In this document: piece after piece, positions 53,701-60,641 of the stretch
Numbering within the stretch: the stretch's first letter is position 1
How the letters are laid out: every line of letters starts with the position of its first letter
IMG/VR virus record: IMGVR_UViG_3300027782_000027
Span: 124,001-188,000 of that record
Strand: one strand, 5' to 3'
DNA length: 64,000 nt
The notes under the pieces: generated by a model
What the model was told of the DNA's origin: nothing
The model's input: the letters and a program-made list of their open reading frames with translations, nothing else
The model's database searches: none
Position numbers and translations under genes: made by a program

Positions 53701-56700
53701 TCAGGTTCTAGTGGAAGTGCTGGAAGTTCAGGTTCAACTGGTACATCTGGTTCTTCAGGTTCAGTAGGAACAAGTGGAACTTCTGGTTCAAGTGGTAGTT
53801 CAGGTTCTTCAGGTTCAGTAGGAACAAGTGGAACTTCTGGTTCAAGTGGTAGTTCAGGTTCTTCTGGAACTAGTGGAAGTGTTGGTACAAGTGGTTCATC
53901 TGGAACATCAGGTTCTAGTGGTAGTTCAGGAAGTTCTGGTTCATCAGGAAGTTCGGGTTCCACAGGTTCTTCGGGAACATCAGGAAGTACTGGAAGTTCA
54001 GGGTCTAGTGGAAGTACTGGTAGTTCAGGGACTAGTGGTTCGTCAGGGTCTAGCGGAAGTTCAGGTACATCAGGTACTTCTGGTTCAAGTGGGTCTTCAG
54101 GTTCTAGTGGAAGTGTTGGAACATCAGGTACGAGCGGTTCGTCAGGTTCTAGTGGTAGCACTGGAAGCTCAGGAAGTGCGGGTACATCAGGTAGTTCAGG
54201 TTCTGTAGGTACAAGTGGTAGTTCTGGAAGCTCAGGAAGTTCTGGTTCATCAGGTTCTGCGGGAAGTGCTGGTACATCAGGAACATCAGGTTCATCGGGA
54301 AGTAGTGGTAGTTCAGGGTCATCTGGTTCAGCAGGTACATCAGGTGCTAATGGAAGTTCTGGTACTTCAGGAACATCTGGTTCTTCAGGTTCAAGTGGAA
54401 GTAGTGGTTCATCAGGAAGTGTGGGTACATCTGGTTCATCTGGTACATCTGGTACATCAGGAACATCTGGTTCAAGTGGCTCAGCAGGTTCTAGCGGAAG
54501 TGCTGGAAGCTCAGGAAGTAGCGGTTCATCTGGTACATCAGGAGCTAATGGAAGTAGTGGAACATCTGGTTCTTCAGGTTCAAGTGGTAGTAGTGGTAGT
54601 TCAGGTTCAGCTGGTTCTTCTGGAACATCAGGTTCTAGCGGAAGCTCAGGAAGTACTGGTTCATCTGGTTCTTCTGGTACTTCAGGAAGTAGTGGAAGTT
54701 CTGGAACATCAGGTTCAAGCGGTTCATCAGGTAGTTCAGGAAGTGTTGGAACAAGTGGAAGTTCTGGAACTTCAGGTTCAAGTGGTTCGTCAGGTTCTAG
54801 TGGTAGTGCTGGAAGCTCTGGTACGTCAGGTACTAGTGGTTCATCAGGAACTTCAGGTTCAAGTGGTTCGTCAGGTTCTAGTGGTAGTACTGGAAGCTCA
54901 GGAAGTACTGGTACAAGTGGAAGTTCTGGTTCATCAGGTAGTTCAGGAAGTGTTGGTACAAGTGGAAGTTCAGGTTCTGCCGGAACGTCTGGTTCATCAG
55001 GAAGTTCGGGTTCAAGCGGTAGTAGTGGAAGTTCAGGTTCTACTGGTTCAAGAGGAACATCAGGAACATCAGGTAGTAGTGGTACAAGTGGAACATCAGG
55101 TACTTCTGGTTCATCAGGTTCTAGCGGAAGTGCTGGTTCATCAGGTACATCGGGAGCTAACGGAAGTTCAGGTACAAGTGGTACTTCAGGAAGTAGTGGA
55201 AGTTCAGGGTCTAGCGGTAGTGCTGGAAGTTCAGGTTCTACTGGTACAAGTGGCTCTTCAGGAAGTTCTGGTACAAGTGGCTCTTCAGGAAGTTCTGGTT
55301 CATCGGGTAGTAGTGGAAGTGCGGGGTCATCTGGTTCATCAGGTACATCAGGTGCTAATGGAAGTTATGGTACTTCAGGTACTAGTGGAAGTTCAGGGTC
55401 TAGCGGTAGTGCTGGAAGTTCTGGTTCTGTAGGTACAAGTGGCTCATCAGGTTCTAGCGGAAGCGCTGGAAGTTCAGGAAGTACTGGCTCAAGTGGTAGT
55501 TCTGGTTCGTCAGGAACAAGTGGTGCTAATGGTAGTTCAGGAACGTCTGGTTCAAGTGGCTCATCTGGTTCTTCAGGAAGTAGTGGTAGTTCTGGTTCTG
55601 TTGGAACATCAGGTTCTAGCGGTTCATCAGGAAGTTCTGGTTCTTCAGGAAGTACAGGTTCAAGTGGAACATCAGGTACTTCTGGTTCGTCAGGTTCTAG
55701 CGGTTCATCAGGAAGTAGTGGTAGTGCAGGTTCTTCAGGAACATCAGGGGCTAACGGTTCTTCAGGTACAAGTGGTTCGTCAGGTTCTAGCGGTAGTACT
55801 GGAAGCTCAGGAAGTAGTGGTACATCGGGTGCTAATGGAAGCAGCGGAACATCAGGAAGTTCAGGGTCTAGTGGTTCTTCAGGAACTGCTGGCTCAAGTG
55901 GATTATCAGGAAACGACTCTTCTAACTCAGGTAGATGGAGATATAATGGAACAGGTACTACACCTGCAGCAACATTCTTTCAGACAGATAGTACAACAAT
56001 ATCTTCAATTACTAATGTCTATATAAACATTGATGATATAAATTCCACATCTTATGCTTCGTGGTTTTCTGGAATAGATACCATACAGGCTCTTGGTAAT
56101 ACTGTTTATTTACAAATCACACAAGTAGGTTCTAACAATATTATTGGTATATGGGATGTTGCAGGAATTACAGTAACCGGTAGTGTTTATAGATGGATAT
56201 TCAAAGGTAATATTGTTGCAAATGGAACTTTATCCAGTACAGAATATACAATATCATGGGTATTTAATGGTCTTAATGGTTCATCTGGTACGAGCGGAAG
56301 TTCTGGAACATCAGGTTCAAGCGGAAGTTCGGGCAGTTCAGGTTCGTCAGGTAATACTGGAAGTTCAGGAACATCAGGTTCATCAGGAACTAGCGGTTCA
56401 TCAGGTAGTGCTGGCTCAAGTGGAAGTTCAGGTAATACAGGTTCTTCGGGTACAAGTGGTAGTTCAGGGTCTTCAGGTAGTGTAGGTACATCTGGAACGA
56501 GTGGAACATCGGGTACTAGTGGAAGTTCAGGTTCATCAGGAAGTGCTGGTACGAGTGGAAGTTCAGGAACATCGGGTTCAAGTGGTAGTTCAGGTTCGTC
56601 AGGTAATACTGGAAGTTCAGGTTCTTCAGGAACATCAGGGTCCAGTGGTAGTTCAGGAAGTACAGGTTCTTCAGGTTCAAGTGGAACATCAGGAAGTTCA

Positions 56701-59085
56701 GGGTCTAGTGGTTCTTCAGGTTCTAGTGGTAGTGCTGGAAGTTCTGGTACATCAGGTGCTAATGGTAGTTCAGGAACATCTGGCTCAAGCGGTTCATCTG
56801 GCTCAAGTGGAAGTAGTGGTAGTTCTGGTTCAGTTGGAACATCAGGTTCTAGTGGAAGTAGTGGTAGTTCAGGGTCTTCAGGAAGTACTGGTTCAAGAGG
56901 AACAAGCGGTTCTTCAGGAACATCGGGAAGCTCAGGTTCAAGTGGTTCATCAGGTACTTCAGGTTCTAACGGAAGTTCAGGAACATCAGGAAGTGCTGGT
57001 TCAAGTGGTAGTTCAGGTTCATCAGGTTCAAGTGGAACATCAGGTTCTAATGGTAGCTCTGGTACATCAGGTAGTTCTGGTTCAAGTGGTAGTAGTGGTT
57101 CTAGCGGTAGTGCTGGTACTTCAGGTTCAGTAGGGACAAGTGGCTCTTCAGGAAGTGCGGGTAGTTCAGGGTCAAGTGGAAATACAGGCTCTTCGGGTAC
57201 TAGCGGTTCATCAGGAACATCAGGTTCTTCTGGCTCAAGTGGCTCGTCAGGGTCTGGTGGAAGCTCAGGTACATCGGGTAGTAGTGGAACATCAGGGTCT
57301 TCAGGCTCAAGTGGAAGTTCAGGTAGTACAGGTTCATCGGGTTCATCTGGTATTACAGGTTCTTCAGGAACTAGTGGTAGTTCAGGTACATCAGGAAGTT
57401 CGGGTTCATCAGGTAGTAGTGGAAGCACTGGCTCAAGTGGTACTGGAGGTTCTTCAGGAACATCAGGTTCTTCTGGTTCAAGTGGAAGCTCAGGTTCTTC
57501 GGGTAATAGCGGTTCATCGGGAACTTCTGGGTCAAGTGGAACATCAGGTTCTTCTGGCTCTTCAGGTAGTTCTGGGTCTAGCGGAAGTGCTGGCTCAAGT
57601 GGTAGTTCAGGTTCATCGGGTATTACTGGAAGTAGTGGAACAAGTGGTTCTTCTGGCTCAAGCGGAAGTTCAGGAACATCGGGTTCTTCGGGTACTTCAG
57701 GGTCAAGTGGTTCTTCAGGAAGTAGCGGAAGTTCGGGTAATACAGGTTCTTCTGGAACTAGCGGTTCATCAGGTAGTGCTGGTTCAAGCGGAAGTTCGGG
57801 TAATACAGGTTCTTCTGGAACTAGCGGTTCATCAGGTAGTGCTGGTTCAAGCGGAAGTTCGGGTAATACAGGTTCTTCGGGTACAAGTGGTAGTTCTGGA
57901 ACATCGGGGTCAACAGGTTCTTCAGGAAGTTCTGGGATTACTGGTTCCTCAGGTACTTCTGGTTCAGGTTCTGCTGGTTCATCAGGTTCTAGCGGAAGTG
58001 GGTCATCAGGAACAAGTGGATTAGATGGTATAAGTGGAACATCTGGCTCAAGTGGTATTACTGGTTCATCAGGTACTTCAGGTTCTGGCTCATCAGGAAG
58101 TTCAGGGTCTAGTGGAAGTACGGGTTCGTCAGGAACATCAGGTTCGTCAGGAACATCAGGAAGTTCAGGTTCTAGTGGTAGTTCTGGTTCAAGTGGGAGT
58201 ACTGGTTCAAGAGGAACTTCTGGAAGTCAAGGTAACAAAGGAGGTCTTCAGTATATCTATGGTAATGGAGCCGGTACAGCACCTTCTTCAGGTCAATTTA
58301 GTTATAATGGTGCAGGTTCTTCAGTTTATGATTTGAAATTTAATGTAACAACCGCGGATTCTGCAAATATTAGTGATTATTTTTTCAATTTAGTTGGAAA
58401 AAGTGGGATTGTATATTTGATTTTCAATTTAAATGGTTCAAACAAAATTGATATTTATAGCTTTAATAACGTTTCGGTAAGTGGTAGTGATTATCTTTTT
58501 ACAGGAGCTTTAGATACAAATGCTGGAGATACAACACTTACAACTAGTGATTTATGTGCAATTACCATAATTGTTAATGGAGCATCAGGTGCTAATGGTA
58601 GTTCAGGAACTTCAGGTTCAAGTGGTAGTAGTGGAAGTACTGGTTCAAGAGGAACATCGGGTTCTTCAGGTTCAAGCGGAAGTTCTGGTTCATCAGGGAC
58701 TAGCGGTTCATCAGGAACTTCAGGTTCTAGTGGAAGTTCAGGTTCTAGTGGAAGTTCTGGTTCAAGTGGTTCTTCAGGAACTTCAGGTTCAAGTGGAAGT
58801 ACAGGTTCAAGAGGAACATCTGGAAGCTCAGGAACTAGTGGTACTTCAGGTTCATCGGGTTCTTCGGGTACTTCAGGTTCAAATGGTTCATCTGGTACAA
58901 GTGGTAGTTCAGGTTCATCGGGTAGTTCAGGTTCATCAGGGACTAGCGGTTCATCAGGAAGTTCTGGAATTACTGGCTCTTCAGGAACATCAGGTTCAGG
59001 TTCATCAGGAACTAGTGGAGCTGCGGGCGGAACATTCACATTAGGAATTGTTTACACAACCGCAAACAATTTTAACTTTATATAA
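44785..59085 (+). CDS. Giant Gly-X-Y (G-S/T-S) repeat fibre-like protein, 4766 aa
   Basis: Uninterrupted 14.3-kb ORF with a ~205-aa N-domain, roughly 4300 aa of Gly-X-Y triplets in three blocks, two ~120-aa globular inserts and a short C-terminal tail. Confidence 0.85.
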   Translation: MAIPYQNPISASQITGPFSVARTSPYGTNFNVLNVGGWQEAAYLTNLGLIFSGQGQQQLSVNNIPININIGNGTFSPTYLTLNSDNFSSGRRRLGMIVWVNETETAYQYQIDNYNDLWDAAVSANSVTQLSYETIVKNNTPEGQAFINAWTGSTIEGVSGVTRANARWRVFAQGTELTGGTYFSGTSTLELYNSDGTVISVTGITASGSNGSSGTSGSSGSSGSSGSSGSSGTSGSNGSSGSSGTSGTSGTSGSTGTSGSSGSVGTSGSSGLSGVDGTNGTSGSSGSVGTSGTSGSSGSSGTGGTSGTSGTSGSTGTSGSSGSVGTSGTSGSSGSSGSVGTSGSSGSAGTSGTSGSSGSSGTSGTSGTGGTSGSSGSVGTSGTSGTSGSSGTSGSSGSSGSSGSSGSSGSSGTSGSTGTSGSSGTSGTSGSSGSAGSSGSSGSVGTSGSSGSSGSSGSSGTSGSSGSSGSTGSSGSSGITGSSGTSGSSGTSGSSGSSGSSGSSGSSGSSGSTGSSGTSGTSGTSGTSGSSGSTGTSGSTGTSGSTGTSGSSGSSGSSGSSGLTGSSGTSGSSGTSGSSGSSGSSGSSGSTGSSGTSGSSGTSGSSGSSGSSGSSGSVGTSGTSGSSGSSGSSGSVGTSGTSGSSGSSGSSGNTGSSGTSGSSGTSGSSGSSGSSGSSGSSGSSGSSGSVGTSGTSGSSGSSGSSGVNGSSGTSGSSGTSGSSGSSGSSGSSGSSGTSGSSGSSGSSGSTGSSGSAGTSGSVGTSGSSGSSGSSGSTGSSGTSGSSGSVGTSGSSGSVGTSGSSGSTGSSGSSGSTGSSGTSGSSGTSGTSGSSGSSGSVGTSGSSGSVGTSGSSGSVGTSGTSGSSGSTGSSGSSGSSGSVGTSGSSGTSGSTGTSGTSGSSGSSGSSGSSGSSGTSGTSGSVGTSGSSGSSGSTGTSGSSGSSGSSGSSGTSGSSGSVGTSGTSGTSGSSGSSGSAGTSGSVGTSGTSGSSGSSGSSGSTGSSGTSGTSGTSGSSGSSGSAGSSGTSGSSGSTGSSGSTGTSGSSGTSGSVGTSGTSGSSGSVGTSGTSGSSGSVGTSGSSGTTGTSGTSGSSGSSGSVGTSGTSGTSGTSGSSGSSGNSGSSGTSGTSGSTGSSGSSGSSGSVGTSGSSGSSGSSGSTGSSGSTGTSGSSGTSGSSGTSGTSGTSGSSGSVGTSGTSGSSGSVGTSGTSGSSGSVGTSGTSGSSGSSGSVGTSGSSGSVGTSGTSGSSGSSGSSGVSGSSGSSGISGSSGTSGTSGTSGSSGSTGTSGSSGSAGSSGNSGTSGSSGSVGTSGTSGSSGSVGTSGTSGSSGSSGNSGTSGTSGSSGSVGTSGTSGTSGSSGSSGSSGSVGTSGTSGSSGSVGTSGSSGSTGTSGSSGSAGSSGNSGTSGTSGSSGSSGSSGSTGTSGSSGSTGTSGSSGSVGTSGTSGTSGTSGSSGSVGTSGTSGSVGTSGTSGSSGSSGSSGSSGSSGSAGSSGTSGSTGSSGSSGSSGSVGTSGSSGSTGTSGSSGSVGTSGSSGSTGTSGTSGSSGSVGTSGTSGTSGSSGSSGTSGSSGSTGTSGSSGSVGTSGTSGSSGSTGTSGSAGSSGSSGSSGSSGSSGSVGTSGTSGSSGSTGTSGTSGSSGSSGTGGSSGSSGSTGTSGTSGSVGTSGTSGSSGSVGTSGTSGSSGSVGTSGSSGSSGTSGTSGSSGSVGTSGTSGSSGSVGTSGTSGTSGTSGSSGSVGTSGSSGSVGTSGTSGTSGSSGSVGTSGTSGSSGSYGSSGSSGSTGTSGTSGSSGTTGSSGSSGSSGSSGSVGTSGSSGSSGTSGYSGSSGSSGSSGSAGTSGVNGSSGTSGSSGSSGSSGSSGSSGTSGSSGSTGSSGSSGSSGSTGTSGSSGSTGTSGTSGSVGTSGSSGSSGSSGSSGSVGTSGTSGSSGSTGSSGSSGTSGSTGTSGTSGSSGSVGTSGTSGTSGSSGSSGSSGTSGSSGSVGTSGTSGSSGSSGSSGISGSSGSSGSTGTSGTSGSSGSVGTSGSSGSSGSVGTSGTSGTSGTSGSSGSSGSTGSSGSSGTSGSSGSSGSAGSSGSSGSTGTSGTSGSTGSSGSSGTSGSSGSSGSVGTSGTAGTSGSTGSSGSSGSSGSVGTSGTSGSSGSSGSAGSSGTSGSSGTSGTSGSSGSTGSSGTSGSSGSVGTSGSSGSTGTSGSSGSSGTSGSSGSTGSSGSSGSAGSSGSTGSSGTSGSSGSVGTSGTSGSSGSVGTSGSSGSSGSSGSVGTSGSSGSSGSSGSSGSSGSVGTSGSSGSTGTSGSSGSTGSSGSSGSTGTSGTSGSSGSTGTSGTSGSSGSVGTSGTSGSSGSVGTSGTSGSSGSVGTSGTSGSSGSVGTSGSSGTSGSSGSSGSSGSTGTSGSSGTSGSSGSTGTSGSAGSSGSSGSSGSSGSTGTSGSSGSSGSTGSSGSSGTSGSSGTSGSSGNSGSSGTSGTSGTSGSSGSSGSAGSSGTSGSVGTSGTSGSSGSTGSSGSSGTSGTSGSSGSSGSSGSSGTSGSSGSTGSSGTSGSSGTSGTSGSSGSSGSSGSTGTSGSSGSSGTSGSSGSSGSSGSSGSSGSSGSTGSRGTSGTSGTSGSSGTSGSNGTSGSSGSSGSSGSSGSGGTSGSSGLSGVDGTNGTSGSSGTSGTSGSSGSSGSSGSSGSVGTSGTSGSSGSSGSAGSSGSSGSSGTSGANGSSGSSGSSGSSGTSGSSGSSGSAGSSGSSGSVGTSGSSGTSGSSGSSGSSGSSGSSGSSGSAGTSGSSGSAGTSGSSGSSGSAGSSGSSGVTGSSGTSGSSGSSGSSGSSGSVGTSGSSGTSGSSGSSGSSGSSGSSGSTGSSGSSGSTGSSGTSGTSGSSGSSGSTGTSGSSGSSGSAGTSGSSGSTGSSGSSGSAGSSGSVGTSGTSGSSGSSGSSGSTGSSGTSGSSGSSGSSGSTGSSGSSGTSGSVGSSGTSGSSGSSGSAGSSGSTGTSGSSGSVGTSGTSGSSGSSGSSGSVGTSGTSGSSGSSGSSGTSGSVGTSGSSGTSGSSGSSGSSGSSGSSGSTGSSGTSGSTGSSGSSGSTGSSGTSGSSGSSGSSGTSGTSGSSGSSGSSGSVGTSGTSGSSGSSGSTGSSGSAGTSGSSGSVGTSGSSGSSGSSGSSGSAGSAGTSGTSGSSGSSGSSGSSGSAGTSGANGSSGTSGTSGSSGSSGSSGSSGSVGTSGSSGTSGTSGTSGSSGSAGSSGSAGSSGSSGSSGTSGANGSSGTSGSSGSSGSSGSSGSAGSSGTSGSSGSSGSTGSSGSSGTSGSSGSSGTSGSSGSSGSSGSVGTSGSSGTSGSSGSSGSSGSAGSSGTSGTSGSSGTSGSSGSSGSSGSTGSSGSTGTSGSSGSSGSSGSVGTSGSSGSAGTSGSSGSSGSSGSSGSSGSTGSRGTSGTSGSSGTSGTSGTSGSSGSSGSAGSSGTSGANGSSGTSGTSGSSGSSGSSGSAGSSGSTGTSGSSGSSGTSGSSGSSGSSGSSGSAGSSGSSGTSGANGSYGTSGTSGSSGSSGSAGSSGSVGTSGSSGSSGSAGSSGSTGSSGSSGSSGTSGANGSSGTSGSSGSSGSSGSSGSSGSVGTSGSSGSSGSSGSSGSTGSSGTSGTSGSSGSSGSSGSSGSAGSSGTSGANGSSGTSGSSGSSGSTGSSGSSGTSGANGSSGTSGSSGSSGSSGTAGSSGLSGNDSSNSGRWRYNGTGTTPAATFFQTDSTTISSITNVYINIDDINSTSYASWFSGIDTIQALGNTVYLQITQVGSNNIIGIWDVAGITVTGSVYRWIFKGNIVANGTLSSTEYTISWVFNGLNGSSGTSGSSGTSGSSGSSGSSGSSGNTGSSGTSGSSGTSGSSGSAGSSGSSGNTGSSGTSGSSGSSGSVGTSGTSGTSGTSGSSGSSGSAGTSGSSGTSGSSGSSGSSGNTGSSGSSGTSGSSGSSGSTGSSGSSGTSGSSGSSGSSGSSGSAGSSGTSGANGSSGTSGSSGSSGSSGSSGSSGSVGTSGSSGSSGSSGSSGSTGSRGTSGSSGTSGSSGSSGSSGTSGSNGSSGTSGSAGSSGSSGSSGSSGTSGSNGSSGTSGSSGSSGSSGSSGSAGTSGSVGTSGSSGSAGSSGSSGNTGSSGTSGSSGTSGSSGSSGSSGSGGSSGTSGSSGTSGSSGSSGSSGSTGSSGSSGITGSSGTSGSSGTSGSSGSSGSSGSTGSSGTGGSSGTSGSSGSSGSSGSSGNSGSSGTSGSSGTSGSSGSSGSSGSSGSAGSSGSSGSSGITGSSGTSGSSGSSGSSGTSGSSGTSGSSGSSGSSGSSGNTGSSGTSGSSGSAGSSGSSGNTGSSGTSGSSGSAGSSGSSGNTGSSGTSGSSGTSGSTGSSGSSGITGSSGTSGSGSAGSSGSSGSGSSGTSGLDGISGTSGSSGITGSSGTSGSGSSGSSGSSGSTGSSGTSGSSGTSGSSGSSGSSGSSGSTGSRGTSGSQGNKGGLQYIYGNGAGTAPSSGQFSYNGAGSSVYDLKFNVTTADSANISDYFFNLVGKSGIVYLIFNLNGSNKIDIYSFNNVSVSGSDYLFTGALDTNAGDTTLTTSDLCAITIIVNGASGANGSSGTSGSSGSSGSTGSRGTSGSSGSSGSSGSSGTSGSSGTSGSSGSSGSSGSSGSSGSSGTSGSSGSTGSRGTSGSSGTSGTSGSSGSSGTSGSNGSSGTSGSSGSSGSSGSSGTSGSSGSSGITGSSGTSGSGSSGTSGAAGGTFTLGIVYTTANNFNFI
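45406..59025 (+). repeat. Degenerate 9-bp-period coding repeat (GSS/GTS/GSV/GST/GSA triplets)
   Basis: A GGN codon occurs at every third codon, with interruptions at about 55909-56271 and 58231-58581. Confidence 0.97.
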
Positions 59086-59121
59086 TATTTATAATAAACT
59101 AAATTAAACTAATATAATAAT

Positions 59122-59541
59122 ATGCCAGCGAATACAGCTCCAATCTTTACACTATTACCTGAGATTATGTGGGATAATACTATCACAACTGCTAATAATA
59201 CTGGTGATTTAACTTCAGGTACAGTTTATCCTGTATTTACCGCAGGTACCAATGGTAGTTATGTGCAAAAAATAAGATTTAGACATACAGGTGCCAATTC
59301 GGCGGCAACTGTTGCTCGTGTTTGGATTAATAATGGTTCTGCGACTACTAGTGCAATTAATAACACTTTATTTGATGAAATAACAATTGCTGCAAACGCC
59401 ACATTTACAACGAATGCCGCCTCAACCAACTATGAATTACCACTTATGTTTGGTTTACCTCCTAATTATAGACTTTATGTAACAATCGGTGCGGCTGCTG
59501 CAGGTGGTATTGATGCAACGGTTATAGGAGGAGACTACTAA
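59122..59541 (+). CDS. Hypothetical beta-rich virion-associated protein, 139 aa
   Basis: Clean ORF (MPANTAPIF...VIGGDY) preceded by TATTTATA. It follows the fibre gene. Confidence 0.7.
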   Translation: MPANTAPIFTLLPEIMWDNTITTANNTGDLTSGTVYPVFTAGTNGSYVQKIRFRHTGANSAATVARVWINNGSATTSAINNTLFDEITIAANATFTTNAASTNYELPLMFGLPPNYRLYVTIGAAAAGGIDATVIGGDY

Positions 59542-59726
59542 TGTTAATATACCAATTAATACAATTTGACTATGGTTCGCCAGTATCTATGGGATATATG
59601 GAAATAGATTGGATGGCAGGACAATGTTTAAGATTAACCGATTTAGACGGTAATACTTTAGATTTGACAATAAATTTCGGATACCGAGTTGTTGATTCAA
59701 ACCCTCCAAGACCATCATGGGCTTAA
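59541..59726 (+). CDS. Hypothetical protein, 61 aa
   Basis: TAATG stop/start overlap with the upstream gene. It fills the gap exactly. Confidence 0.6.
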   Translation: MLIYQLIQFDYGSPVSMGYMEIDWMAGQCLRLTDLDGNTLDLTINFGYRVVDSNPPRPSWA

Positions 59727-59732
59727 AAAATT

Positions 59733-60629
59733 ATGATTGACTATTACAATTTAGCTGACAATCAATATAAAAATCAAGTATATACCGGGTCTATAGGTAC
59801 TAATACTACTTTCATGGTTTATTATTGGATTAAACCAAGAGGTGTTACTATGGTACATATTACTGCTATTGGTGCTGGAGGTGGTGGAGGTGGTGGTAAT
59901 TCTTCTGCGAGTACTGCGGCTTCAGGTGGTTCTGGTGGTGGTTCAGGAGCTATTACAAGATTAACAATCCCCGCTATTTTTTTACCCGACCAACTTAGAA
60001 TAATTGTTGCCGCTGGTGGTTCTGGAGGAACTACAGGTGGAGGTAATACTGCAGCTAATACTTTTGTTGAAGTTGCTAGAGGTTCTGCGGTTGCGGCTAC
60101 CTATGTGTTACAAGCTAACGGTGGTGGTGGAGGTAACGTAGGTGCTGCGGGAGCAGCTTCTGCGGGTGGTGGAGCCGGAGCTATAGGTGTTCAAACTAAT
60201 GCAGTATATCAGGCTTTAGGTACGTTTTCAGTTATTGCAGGTCAAGCGGGTGCTGCAGGTGCAAATGGTGCCGTAGGGGGTACAATAACAATTAACGGTA
60301 ATGCTACAACAGTATCAGGAGGTGCCGCTGGAGGTGGGAAAAGTGCAGCTAATACCTCATTTGGTGGTGGTAATATCAATCCTATTGGGCAAATACCTAC
60401 AGGTAATGGAGGAAGCGCGGGTGGAACTAATAATGGTGATACAGGAACTTATACGTTTAATGGATTTTATAGTGCAGGAGGTGCTGGTGGAGGTGCTTTT
60501 GCAACAGGTACTGCGGGCAGAGGAGGTGATGGTGGACCTGGCAGCGGTGGAGGTGGTGGTGGTTCAGGAGTAACTGGAGGTAATGGAGGTAATGGTGGAC
60601 CCGGTATGGTAATAATAACATGTTGGTAA
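59733..60629 (+). CDS. Glycine-rich domain protein, paralog 1
   Basis: WIKPRGVTMVHITAIGAGGGGGGG...GGNGGPGMVIITCW, a polyglycine-rich phage tail domain pattern. Confidence 0.8.
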   Translation: MIDYYNLADNQYKNQVYTGSIGTNTTFMVYYWIKPRGVTMVHITAIGAGGGGGGGNSSASTAASGGSGGGSGAITRLTIPAIFLPDQLRIIVAAGGSGGTTGGGNTAANTFVEVARGSAVAATYVLQANGGGGGNVGAAGAASAGGGAGAIGVQTNAVYQALGTFSVIAGQAGAAGANGAVGGTITINGNATTVSGGAAGGGKSAANTSFGGGNINPIGQIPTGNGGSAGGTNNGDTGTYTFNGFYSAGGAGGGAFATGTAGRGGDGGPGSGGGGGGSGVTGGNGGNGGPGMVIITCW

Positions 60630-60641
60630 TAAGTATAAAAT

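Noticed and set aside
45406-59025. Possible CRISPR array or non-coding satellite
   Set aside because: There is no fixed repeat with unique spacers. Variation is synonymous and in frame, so this is a coding repeat.
45327-59039. Very long minus-strand ORFs (1477, 1347, 413 and 182 aa; PEL/PDV/PLV repeats) and many short +1-frame V/Q/L-rich ORFs
   Set aside because: These are shadows of the GGN-TCN/AGY-ACN repeat, which rarely creates stops in those frames. They start and end with the repeat and contain no unique domains.
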